DNA of 64,000 bases. Origin: Thiopseudomonas sp. Lineage in GTDB: Bacteria; Pseudomonadota; Gammaproteobacteria; Pseudomonadales; Pseudomonadaceae. Below the pieces are notes generated by a model. That model searched no databases, was not told the origin of the DNA, and saw only the letters and a program-made list of their open reading frames with translations. The translations under genes were made by a program, and so were the position numbers. The stretch is from positions 3,918 to 67,917 of the forward strand of contig DASRNZ010000162.1 in NCBI GenBank assembly GCA_035647155.1, read 5' to 3'. Positions 51,399 to 60,431 of the stretch are shown here, piece after piece (position 1 is the stretch's first letter; each line of letters starts with the position of its first letter).

Positions 51399-52754
51399 AT
51401 GCCAACTTGCCAGCTTTTCCCACTTGATTACTCGGCTAACCCTGCCCATTACTTCCAACAGATTCAGGCCCAAACTGGCGCGGTGCTGTTGGACTCTGGC
51501 TACCCTGTCAGCCAACGCGGACGCTTTGATATTCTTAGCGCAGAGCCATTACAGTCGCTCATGCCACAGCCTGACGAGCCCCTTGATGTATTTCGCCAGC
51601 GCTGCCAAAGCTTGCTGACACAACTGTCTGAGAGTTCGCCCCCCGCAGGCATTGAACTGCCCTTTACCGGCGGTTTAATCGGCTACTTAACCTATGAGCT
51701 CAATACCTTAGCGCAATGTGCTGAGGTTGAGGGATTAGCCAGCGCTACAGTGGGTTTATATAACTGGGCTGTGATCAGTGATCACCAGCTGCAACGCTGC
51801 TGGCTGATGTGTCATCCTAGCGCCGACTCAGAGCGTCAACAACAATTGCTGGCGCTGTTTAAAAGCGAGCCTACAGCCAATAACGCAGAGCCCTTTGTAC
51901 TGCGCCAGCGCTTTCAGCCACGCATCAACGCACAGCGTTACCGTAATGACCTGCAACGCGTGCATGACTATATTGCTGCCGGCGACTGCTATCAGGTGAA
52001 CTATACGCAACGCTTTAGCAGTGAATATCAAGGGGATGCTTGGCACGCCTATCGCAGTTTGCGCGAACGCTGCCCCACACCTTTTGCGAGTTTTATCCGC
52101 ATCAATCAACAGCAAGCTATTGTCAGCTTATCGCCTGAACGCTTTATCCAAGTGCGTCAGCGTCAAGTAGAAAGCCGCCCGATTAAAGGCACGCGTGCCC
52201 GTGGTGCAACAGCGGCTGAAGATCAAGCGCTGGCTGATGACTTATTAGCCAGCCCCAAAGACCGCTCTGAAAATCTAATGATTGTCGACTTACTGCGCAA
52301 TGATTTAGGACGCTACTGCAGCACTGGCAGTATTCAAGTCCCCGAGCTGTTTGCGCTGGAAAGCTATCCCAATGTGCATCATATGGTCAGCAGTGTGACC
52401 GGCACTCTGGCACGCCAATATAATGCACTGGATGTACTGATTGGTAGCTTCCCTGGCGGCTCAATTACGGGCGCACCTAAACGCCGCGCGATGCAAATCA
52501 TTACTGAACTGGAAGCCAGCGTACGCAGTATTTATTGCGGTAGTATTTTCTATGTGGATACACGCGGTGAGATGGACAGCTCGATCACCATCCGCACATT
52601 ATTGGCCAATCAGGGTGAAATCAGTTGCTGGGGTGGTGGCGGAATTGTCTACGACTCGAATATCGATGATGAATATGAAGAATCAATTCAAAAAGTCCGT
52701 GTACTGATGAGCACTTTAGAAGAACTGTATTGCGCTCAAGAGCCTAAAACTTAA
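51399..52754 (+). CDS. pabB: Aminodeoxychorismate synthase component I
   Basis: SPERF, RPIKGT, GGSITGAPK motifs. ATG at 51399; the track start at 51378 is a TTG. Confidence 0.92.
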   Translation: MPTCQLFPLDYSANPAHYFQQIQAQTGAVLLDSGYPVSQRGRFDILSAEPLQSLMPQPDEPLDVFRQRCQSLLTQLSESSPPAGIELPFTGGLIGYLTYELNTLAQCAEVEGLASATVGLYNWAVISDHQLQRCWLMCHPSADSERQQQLLALFKSEPTANNAEPFVLRQRFQPRINAQRYRNDLQRVHDYIAAGDCYQVNYTQRFSSEYQGDAWHAYRSLRERCPTPFASFIRINQQQAIVSLSPERFIQVRQRQVESRPIKGTRARGATAAEDQALADDLLASPKDRSENLMIVDLLRNDLGRYCSTGSIQVPELFALESYPNVHHMVSSVTGTLARQYNALDVLIGSFPGGSITGAPKRRAMQIITELEASVRSIYCGSIFYVDTRGEMDSSITIRTLLANQGEISCWGGGGIVYDSNIDDEYEESIQKVRVLMSTLEELYCAQEPKT

Positions 52755-53653
52755 AACAGTATATTGAGGATGTAAACAAAAGCCAATGCACTGCCGACGC
52801 ACACTAATCCGGCTAAAAGCGCTTGCCAGCGCAAACGTTTAGCAATGGCATCTTCACCATAGCTGGATAAAACAAAGGGGCGGTTTTCCTGCGGTTTACG
52901 CAAATAATGCTGGGCCGGCTCAATCTGCTGTGCTTGCTGTATACGCTGCGCCTGCTGTTTGGCACTGTCGCGTACCGCTTGCCACTCCTGCTGATCCAGC
53001 TCGCCATTGCCATCCTGATCAAAACGGCGCACTAAACCGACGAAGTCACCTTTCCATTCACGAATGAGCGCACCTTGACTGGCGCTTAAATCAAAGGCAT
53101 CACGCCCACCACCACGCGTCACAAAATCACCAATGGCATAGAGTGGCTCATGCGCATGCAAGCGTTGCTCAGTGTAACGGTAGCGTTTAGCCCCCACCAA
53201 TAAGGTTTGCAGAAAATGCGTGTGCATCTGATTTCTTAATGGGTGCCGCGCCGAACCGTACCAGACTGCTTTAGTCATGGGCAGTATATGCGCACCTTGC
53301 GGATCAATCAGGCAGTCACCAGTGCCATCACTCAGACAGAGCAACGCACCACTGCTGCCTTTCTCAACAGTCTTCCAGCTTTGCTGCTTGCGCTCATTCT
53401 GGACTTGCTGATCAACACTAAAGGACCACCAAACACAGGTCTGACCACTTAAAGGGGCAAACATCGGCCCTACACCCTCTTTTAATACGCCATACAACTC
53501 AACATAGCCTTGAGCGGCTGAGCGTATTTTTGAAGTGGGCGTATCCAGCAAATAACGCGCTTTCTTCAGATTATCAATGCACCACCAGCCACTGCCAAGA
53601 CAGGCCGCGCCAGTAATTGATAAAGCAACGATAGCGCCAAACGTATCCGCCAT
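52751..53653 (-). CDS. GIDE-domain-like two-TM membrane protein carrying a canonical EF-hand loop
   Basis: N- and C-terminal TM helices. YVELYGVLKEGVGPMFAPLSGQTCVWW (GIDE-like). The 12-residue loop DQDGNGELDQQE is encoded at nt 52985-53020. Confidence 0.65.
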   Translation of the reverse strand: MADTFGAIVALSITGAACLGSGWWCIDNLKKARYLLDTPTSKIRSAAQGYVELYGVLKEGVGPMFAPLSGQTCVWWSFSVDQQVQNERKQQSWKTVEKGSSGALLCLSDGTGDCLIDPQGAHILPMTKAVWYGSARHPLRNQMHTHFLQTLLVGAKRYRYTEQRLHAHEPLYAIGDFVTRGGGRDAFDLSASQGALIREWKGDFVGLVRRFDQDGNGELDQQEWQAVRDSAKQQAQRIQQAQQIEPAQHYLRKPQENRPFVLSSYGEDAIAKRLRWQALLAGLVCVGSALAFVYILNILF

Positions 53654-53656
53654 GAG

Positions 53657-54229
53657 TTAGCTAAATAAGCTTTTGATATCAACATCAGCGATCTCAGCAT
53701 CGCTAAAACGCAATAACTCCGCTGCCATAAAATTAAAGCGCCGCGCAATCAACACATCAGGAAACTGCTCAATACGTACATTATTTAGATTGACCGCTTC
53801 GTTATATAACTCACGACGATCAGCAATGGCATTTTCTAAGGCACTGATGCGTTGCTGCAATAACTGAAAGCTTTCATTGGCTTTCAATTCAGGGTAATTC
53901 TCAGCTAAGGCAAAGAGTTTACCTAAGCCTGCACGCAAGCCTGTTTCAGCGCTACCCAAAGCTCCAACATCATGCTGCTCACGGGCACTGGATACGGCAT
54001 TACGTGCACTGATCACCGCTTCTAAGGTCTGTCTTTCATGCTGCATATACTGCTTACAGGTTTCCACCAGCTTAGGCAGCTCGTCATGGCGTTGTTTCAG
54101 TAACACATCAATATTGGACCAGGCTTTCGTCACACCATGCTTTAAACGCACCAGCGCGTTATAAAGGCTGACCAGCCAAGCGGCTAGCAAAACCACGACG
54201 ATGAATACAGCAACCAAAAACAAACTCAT
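53657..54229 (-). CDS. lemA: LemA family protein
   Basis: N-terminal TM helix, then YNALVRLKHGVTKAWSNIDVLLKQRHDELPKLVE... Typical LemA. Confidence 0.88.
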   Translation of the reverse strand: MSLFLVAVFIVVVLLAAWLVSLYNALVRLKHGVTKAWSNIDVLLKQRHDELPKLVETCKQYMQHERQTLEAVISARNAVSSAREQHDVGALGSAETGLRAGLGKLFALAENYPELKANESFQLLQQRISALENAIADRRELYNEAVNLNNVRIEQFPDVLIARRFNFMAAELLRFSDAEIADVDIKSLFS

Positions 54230-54322
54230 CGAGCACCCCTAAACGAAGCAAAAGAAGCTGCAGTTTAGTCGCTCAATTGCCTATATACCACTGTTTTCCA
54301 AACGCACGAACGAGCGCTGGCT

Positions 54323-54349
54323 GAACTTCCTGAATAGGCTGGCATCTAC
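54323..54349 (+). promoter_or_regulatory. Sigma-E (AlgU)-type promoter candidate
   Basis: GAACTT-N16-TCTAC, about 77 nt upstream of the ATG at 54426. Compare GAACTT-N16/17-TCTGA. Confidence 0.4.
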
Positions 54350-54425
54350 TCTAGGGTGCAATGGCTGCAATACCCTTTGCGCTATACTATATTTCACCTT
54401 TAATCGGCTCGAGTAGTTTTTCACT

Positions 54426-55430
54426 ATGCGTAATGACAGCAATGACTTGGATATCCAACCTCATTTAAACAATGACCGCATTGAACCGCAGCTGAGCTCT
54501 GCCTCAGCTCACTCTTTTGACATGCCCTATGCACAGGCCAACACTCAGAAACGTTCAACCAAGGGTATTGCCGCGCTCTCGGTCTTAACTATCAGCCTAG
54601 CCTGCGCCAGTGTAGCCTTCGGTTGGTGGAGCTTGCAGCGCATGCACATGCTAGAACAGCAACTGATTGCCACGCAAGACAGTTTTTCAAAAACCAGTGA
54701 AGATGCCACAGGTCGTATTAACGAAATCACCGGTAAAGTCAGCGCCACGCACAACAGTGTCTTAAGTGAAAACGAAACACTCAAGCAGCGCCTTGCAGCA
54801 CTGGAAGTGAACGCCGTTGATCTGGTTAAGCAGCAACAACTGCGTGCGGCTGAGCAGCAATCTAAATTAACGCAACTGAGTAGCGCCTTAAACAGCAGCA
54901 CTGAACAGGCAGCGCTATTGCAAAGCACCTTAGACCAACAGCAAAAGTTACTGCTCCAGCATACTCAAGCCCTAACCGCACAAGAGTCTGTCACCGCACA
55001 ACATACTCAGGATATCATTGCGCAAAAGTCAGCAACTGCTGAGCACGGCACAACCTTGGCTGCGCTGGAGTCGCAACTGAGCAAAAATCGTGACCAGCAG
55101 CAGGTACAGATAGAAAAACTCGAAGGTAATCTAGCCACCTACCAAGAGCAACTTGCGCAGATTGAACAATTCAGTACTGATATCAACAGCGTCAAAGATA
55201 AATTAACAGCATTACAAAGCAGCAGTTCAAGCAGTGATGAGCTCACGCGCTTACAACAAGATGTGCTTATTTTGCGCAGCGAACTCGATAATCGCCCTGC
55301 GGTAAAACCTGCTCCGCGCACAACACCTGGGCCATCACTGGCTGATTTTGATGCCTACCGCGCACAAACTAATCGCACTATCAGTGCACTGCAAGAACAA
55401 TTGCGCAGCCTACAAAAAAACACGCCGTAG
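54426..55430 (+). CDS. Membrane-anchored Gln-rich coiled-coil protein, unknown function
   Basis: About 45-aa N-terminal region, TM helix IAALSVLTISLACASVAFGWW, then ~260 aa of heptad-like Q/L/A-rich sequence with internal TAQxSxTAxH repeats. Confidence 0.65.
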   Translation: MRNDSNDLDIQPHLNNDRIEPQLSSASAHSFDMPYAQANTQKRSTKGIAALSVLTISLACASVAFGWWSLQRMHMLEQQLIATQDSFSKTSEDATGRINEITGKVSATHNSVLSENETLKQRLAALEVNAVDLVKQQQLRAAEQQSKLTQLSSALNSSTEQAALLQSTLDQQQKLLLQHTQALTAQESVTAQHTQDIIAQKSATAEHGTTLAALESQLSKNRDQQQVQIEKLEGNLATYQEQLAQIEQFSTDINSVKDKLTALQSSSSSSDELTRLQQDVLILRSELDNRPAVKPAPRTTPGPSLADFDAYRAQTNRTISALQEQLRSLQKNTP

Positions 55431-55441
55431 CGTGTCTTTTT
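55414..55441. terminator. Bidirectional terminator between convergent genes
   Basis: AAAAAAACACGC-CGTA-GCGTGTCTTTTT. The hairpin includes the TAG stop of the plus-strand gene. Confidence 0.7.
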
Positions 55442-55471
55442 GCTTTTCTATAGTTGATCTAAACCAGTAGA

Positions 55472-57094
55472 TTACAGCTTAAACTGGCTGACCAAGCGAC
55501 GTAGTTCTGCAGTTAAGCGCAGTAAATCCTCACTGCTATGTGCCGTTTGTGTGGCGCCAGATGAGGTGTCATCAGCAATATTACTGATGCGCGTAATATT
55601 GCGATTAATCTCTTCAGCCACGGCACTTTGCTCTTCTGCTGCGGTAGCAATTTGCAAGTTCATATTGTTAATCGTGGCGACTTCTGCAGCAATCACATGC
55701 AGACTCTGAGTGGCTTTTTCAACACTTTCAGAGCCCGTTACAGCTCGCTCTTGCGCACCCGCCATCGCATCCACAGCATTTTTCACACCGTGCTGCAAAC
55801 GCTCAATCATTGTCTGAATTTCTTCAGTCGAGTTTTGTGTGCGTGAAGCTAAGGTGCGCACTTCATCGGCAACCACAGCAAAACCACGACCTTGCTCACC
55901 GGCACGTGCCGCTTCAATCGCTGCGTTTAATGCTAATAAATTGGTTTGCTCTGCAATGCCTTTAATCACATCAAGCACTTCACTGATACTTGCAGTGTCG
56001 CTTTCAACATGCTGCACCACAGCCGCAGCACTTTCAATTTCAGCGATCAAATCTCTAATACCAGCAATCGCTTCTTCGGCCACTAACACGCCAGCCCTAG
56101 ACTCATCATCAGCGCCTTGTGAAGCCTCTGCAGTTTGCGTCGCATGCCGCGCAACTTCTTGCACTGTTGCACTCATTTCATTCATCGCCGAGGCAACCAT
56201 ATCAGTTTCGGTACGCTGCTCAACCACTGCTTTTAAAGTTGAATCAGCCACTTCAGCCACTTGATCAGAGACACCATTGAGCTGTTGGGTCGCATCAGAC
56301 ACCGCATGTAAGCTGTGCTTAAACTTATCAATCATGCGATTAAACGCCCAGCCCATCGCACCAATTTCATCACGGGCACCAATGGTCACGCTATGGCTTA
56401 AATCATCATCGCGTGCGATCGCTTCCATCGTATAACGCATCGCATTAATGCGCTGAATCACCGTGCGACGCACAATCAGAATAATCACTGCCAAACCGGC
56501 CAGCAACAGCAGTAATTGAATACCGGCCGACGCCCATAAGTTACGCTCAACTTGGGCGTCCAATGTTGCCAAGGAATAACTGATACGCACCGCACCCACA
56601 ATCGAGTTTTCCGGCACTTGGTGACAGAGTAAGCAGTTGGTACCACGGTAATCTTTTTCAGCGCGTACTGGATTAATAACAGTTAACAGGCGACCATTTT
56701 CATCTTTAGAAATATGAATAATCTCTTCGCCGGTTAATGCACGACGATCCAACTCATCCGCAGGGGCTTGGTGATCGTAACCCGCACCATACACCGAGGT
56801 AATCGCTTCAGTACGAATAATACGCGCATCAGTCACGCCTGGGCGTGCCAAAATCTTATCGCGCAACACATTACGTTGCGCCATAGTTCCCGTCAGCATC
56901 ATAGTATTAATGCTATCAAAGTAACTGTCTGCCGCATCTTTGGTTTGCTGCTCTACGACCCCTAAAACTAATTTTTTCTCATTATTTGCAGAAAAAATCA
57001 GCGAGGCGGACAACACCACAAAAAACACTGAAAGCAGGGCAATATTAATCTTTGTCTGCACTGACATCTGACGCTTGGCGGACGGCTGACTCAT
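55472..57094 (-). CDS. Methyl-accepting chemotaxis protein with a CxxCH-containing periplasmic sensor domain
   Basis: Two TM helices flank a ~150-aa domain containing NCLLCH (nt 56621-56635). Then HAMP and the highly conserved MCP signalling hairpin ([28 protein letters not shown]). ATG at 57094; the track TTG is at 57109. Confidence 0.9.
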   Translation of the reverse strand: MSQPSAKRQMSVQTKINIALLSVFFVVLSASLIFSANNEKKLVLGVVEQQTKDAADSYFDSINTMMLTGTMAQRNVLRDKILARPGVTDARIIRTEAITSVYGAGYDHQAPADELDRRALTGEEIIHISKDENGRLLTVINPVRAEKDYRGTNCLLCHQVPENSIVGAVRISYSLATLDAQVERNLWASAGIQLLLLLAGLAVIILIVRRTVIQRINAMRYTMEAIARDDDLSHSVTIGARDEIGAMGWAFNRMIDKFKHSLHAVSDATQQLNGVSDQVAEVADSTLKAVVEQRTETDMVASAMNEMSATVQEVARHATQTAEASQGADDESRAGVLVAEEAIAGIRDLIAEIESAAAVVQHVESDTASISEVLDVIKGIAEQTNLLALNAAIEAARAGEQGRGFAVVADEVRTLASRTQNSTEEIQTMIERLQHGVKNAVDAMAGAQERAVTGSESVEKATQSLHVIAAEVATINNMNLQIATAAEEQSAVAEEINRNITRISNIADDTSSGATQTAHSSEDLLRLTAELRRLVSQFKL

Positions 57095-57254
57095 AATTAT
57101 TAATCCCAAAACAGCTGAATAAAACGCTTAATAACCCTAGTTAACTCGCAACTGAGACGAGCTACAATCACTTCAAAATACATAGGCGCACATAAGCGCT
57201 ATTTTTTTGACTGATTGACAGTGTATTAAAGCTTGCACTTGATATAAGCATGAT

Positions 57255-57290
57255 GCATGCCAAAGACCTTATTAACAGTCTTTGGCATGC
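57255..57290 (-). terminator. Strong hairpin 20 nt downstream of clpA (terminator candidate without a clear U-tract)
   Basis: 13-bp stem GCATGCCAAAGAC / GTCTTTGGCATGC. Confidence 0.4.
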
Positions 57291-57310
57291 TCATCTACAA
57301 GACGCCTATA

Positions 57311-59578
57311 TTAAGCAGGTTCTGCGCTGTGTTCCTTTGCACAGGTCAATACTAAGCCATCTGCCTTAGCATCAATATGTGCAATACCACCGTCTTCAGC
57401 CAGCGCACCAAAGAGAATCTCTTCAGCCAGCGGACGCTTGATATGCTCTTGAATCAAACGTGCCATGGGCCTTGCACCCATATCCGCATCAGCACCATGT
57501 TCAGCCAACCAACGGCGTGCTGCATCCGTGACATCCAGTTGCACACGTTTTTCTTCCAACTGCGCTTGCAACTCAGTTAAGAACTTATCAACGATAGACT
57601 GCAATGTTTCTGGGCTTAAGCGACCAAACTGAATAATGCTATCCAGGCGATTGCGGAACTCAGGAGTAAAGGTTTTCTTCAATACTTCCATTGCATCAGT
57701 ACTGTGATCTTGCTTAGCAAAACCAATCGATGCACGTGAAGCAGACTCTGCACCAGCGTTCGTGGTCATCACTAAAATCACATGCTTAAAGTCCGCTTTG
57801 CGACCATTGTTATCGGTGAGTGTGCCGTTATCCATCACTTGCAATAATAAGTTAAAGACATCGGGGTGGGCTTTTTCGATTTCATCCAACAGCAATACAC
57901 AGTGCGGCTGCTTGCTGATCGCTTCCGTGAGTAAACCACCCTGATCAAAACCGACATAACCCGGTGGCGCACCAATCAGGCGCGATACCGTATGGCGTTC
58001 CATATATTCGGACATATCAAAGCGCACCAACTCAATACCCAGCGAGCTGGCTAACTGCTTGGCCACTTCAGTTTTACCGACACCCGTGGGGCCGGTAAAT
58101 AAGAAAGAACCCACAGGTTTATTGGCGGACTTAAGCCCAGCACGGGACAGTTTAATCGCTGTAGCTAAAGCATCAATCGCAGCTTCTTGACCAAATACGG
58201 TTAAGCGTAAATCACGTTCAAGGTGACGCAACTGCTCTTTATCCGAACTGCTAACCTGACGCGTTGGAATACGGGCAATCTTGGCAATCACTGCTTCAAT
58301 TTGCGCCACATCAATGCATTCAGCTCGGTTTTCTTCGGGCTGTAAACGCTGGAAAGCACCCGCCTCATCCACTACGTCAATGGCTTTATCGGGCATAAAG
58401 CGATCATTAATATGCTTAGCGGCTAACTCGGACGCCGCACGTAATGCAGCATCGGTGTATTTCATCTGGTGATGCTGCTCAAAGTTCGCCTGCAATCCTT
58501 GCAGAATACGGTAAGTGTCTTCAACTGACGGCTCGTTGATATCGACCTTTTGAAAGCGGCGCGCAAGAGCACGGTCTTTTTCAAAAATCTCACGAAACTC
58601 TTGATAGGTGGTTGAGCCAATGCAGCGAATCTCACCCGATGATAATAAAGGCTTGAGCAGGTTGGAGGCATCCATCACCCCACCCGAAGCTGCACCAGCA
58701 CCAATAATCATATGGATTTCATCAATAAACAAAATCGCATTCGGACGTTTACGTAATTCATTGAGCAAGGCTTTAAGGCGCTTTTCAAAATCGCCACGGT
58801 ATTTAGTACCGGCCAATAGCGCACCTAAATCAAGTGAGTACACCACGCTATCGAGTAAAATCTCTGGCACATCACCGTCAACAATACGTCGTGCCAAACC
58901 TTCAGCAATGGCCGTTTTACCCACGCCGGCTTCACCGACTAATAAGGGGTTATTTTTACGACGGCGTACTAAAATTTGTGCCACACGCTCGAGCTCATGC
59001 TCACGACCAATCAAAGGATCGATACGGCCTTGGCGTGCGCGCTCATTTAAATCTTCTGCATAGTCCAGCAAAGGATTTGCGGGATTGCTTTGCGCGCCCT
59101 CAGTGGCGTCCTGCTCATCATCTGCCGCCGATGGATTACGCTCAGTATCAATACCGTGTGACAAATAACTGACCACATCTAAACGCTGCACATCATGCTT
59201 ATTAAGCAAGTACACAGCATGGCTATCGGCTTCACTGAAGATCGCCACCAAGACACTGGCCCCGCCCACTTCTTCCTTTCCTGAGCTTTGCCCATGAAAA
59301 ACCGCACGCTGTAAAACGCGCTGAAAACCTAAAGTTGGCTGCGTTTGCGCATCATCATCTGATAGCTCAGCTAATAGAGGAGTACTGGCATTAATAAAGG
59401 TACGTAAATCTTGTCGCAATGCATCCAGATCAACATCACAGCCGCGTAACACCTTGGCTGCCTCGTTATTATCCAACAAGGCCACTAACAAATGCTCAAC
59501 CGTCATATATTCATGGCGGCTGACACGTGCATCTTTAAATGCAAGATTGAGGGTGACCTCAAGTTCTAAATTCAACAT
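57311..59578 (-). CDS. clpA: ATP-dependent Clp protease ATP-binding subunit ClpA
   Basis: Two AAA+ modules (GEAGVGKT, GPTGVGKT); 755 aa. Confidence 0.97.
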   Translation of the reverse strand: MLNLELEVTLNLAFKDARVSRHEYMTVEHLLVALLDNNEAAKVLRGCDVDLDALRQDLRTFINASTPLLAELSDDDAQTQPTLGFQRVLQRAVFHGQSSGKEEVGGASVLVAIFSEADSHAVYLLNKHDVQRLDVVSYLSHGIDTERNPSAADDEQDATEGAQSNPANPLLDYAEDLNERARQGRIDPLIGREHELERVAQILVRRRKNNPLLVGEAGVGKTAIAEGLARRIVDGDVPEILLDSVVYSLDLGALLAGTKYRGDFEKRLKALLNELRKRPNAILFIDEIHMIIGAGAASGGVMDASNLLKPLLSSGEIRCIGSTTYQEFREIFEKDRALARRFQKVDINEPSVEDTYRILQGLQANFEQHHQMKYTDAALRAASELAAKHINDRFMPDKAIDVVDEAGAFQRLQPEENRAECIDVAQIEAVIAKIARIPTRQVSSSDKEQLRHLERDLRLTVFGQEAAIDALATAIKLSRAGLKSANKPVGSFLFTGPTGVGKTEVAKQLASSLGIELVRFDMSEYMERHTVSRLIGAPPGYVGFDQGGLLTEAISKQPHCVLLLDEIEKAHPDVFNLLLQVMDNGTLTDNNGRKADFKHVILVMTTNAGAESASRASIGFAKQDHSTDAMEVLKKTFTPEFRNRLDSIIQFGRLSPETLQSIVDKFLTELQAQLEEKRVQLDVTDAARRWLAEHGADADMGARPMARLIQEHIKRPLAEEILFGALAEDGGIAHIDAKADGLVLTCAKEHSAEPA

Positions 59579-59608
59579 GGTTTCACCTCATTTCAAATTG
59601 TGTGCGGG

Positions 59609-59947
59609 TTATACGTCTTTTTCTATTTCACACAATAATGGATGGCTGCTATCACGTGCATATTGAATCACCTGATGCGCTTTTGTTTCAGCAATATCAC
59701 GTGTATACACGCCACATACTGCTTCACCTTGCTGATGCACAGCAAGCATCACTTGGGTCGATTGCTCACGGTTCATAGCAAAGTACGTCTCAAGTACTTC
59801 AACAACAAAATCCATCGGCGTAAAGTCGTCATTTAACATCAGTACGCGATACATGGGTGGCGGTTGTAACGCAGGTTTAGCTGGAGCAACGGCTAAATCG
59901 TCGTCGTGTTGTTCAAAGTGATCTGGATCTAATGGATTAACAGTCAT
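59609..59947 (-). CDS. clpS: ClpA adaptor protein ClpS
   Basis: [23 protein letters not shown]...; 112 aa; upstream of clpA. Confidence 0.95.
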   Translation of the reverse strand: MTVNPLDPDHFEQHDDDLAVAPAKPALQPPPMYRVLMLNDDFTPMDFVVEVLETYFAMNREQSTQVMLAVHQQGEAVCGVYTRDIAETKAHQVIQYARDSSHPLLCEIEKDV

Positions 59948-60371
59948 GTTGCACTACGCTTTAATTCTCAATAAGTTATTGGCGATCAATATACTACGCT
60001 TTGCTGCACTGCGCTCGTCAACACCTGAGCAACAACTCCAGTTGCCCGCTATACGACGACTGAGAGCACAACAGGCTGTCAGGCAAACAGCGAAGTTACA
60101 ACTCGTACACTATTTCCAAGCAATTGTGATGTTCTCTTTAACGCTGTCGAGGTACTGCTGTCAAGGCCAATTGGGGACATTTAATAAAACTTGTCCACAT
60201 TCTAGGGGTTGACTTTTATATTTGTTATTTTTACCACGCGTTCATATGGATTTTTACTAAAAACACTTAACACCTTGATTATAAAGGATTTTTTCAAGCG
60301 TTGGATTTTTCACCAATCTAAGCTATAGCCCCATAACATCAGCCCTGCAGCCATATAGAGCCCAGTTACCC

Positions 60372-60406
60372 ACATGGTTATCCACAGCTTCTGTGGATAA
60401 CCATGT
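60372..60406. other. Perfect 16-bp inverted repeat made of two consensus DnaA boxes
   Basis: ACATGGTTATCCACAG-CTT-CTGTGGATAACCATGT. TTATCCACA lies at 60379-60387 and TGTGGATAA at 60392-60400. No U-tract on either strand. Confidence 0.6.
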
Positions 60407-60431
60407 CCAAGCTCAATGACTGGTATTTAAG

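Noticed and set aside
59946-60212. 88-aa plus-strand ORF in the clpS upstream region
   Set aside because: It has no Shine-Dalgarno sequence, starts 2 nt inside the clpS start codon region, has Leu/Arg/Gln-rich composition, and matches no recognisable family. I treat it as non-coding promoter DNA.
60310-60375. 21-codon hydrophobic minus-strand mini-ORF (MWVTGLYMAAGLMLWGYSLDW) starting inside the DnaA-box palindrome
   Set aside because: There is no RBS upstream, and the start codon is buried in a 16-bp stem. This is not enough evidence to call it a gene.
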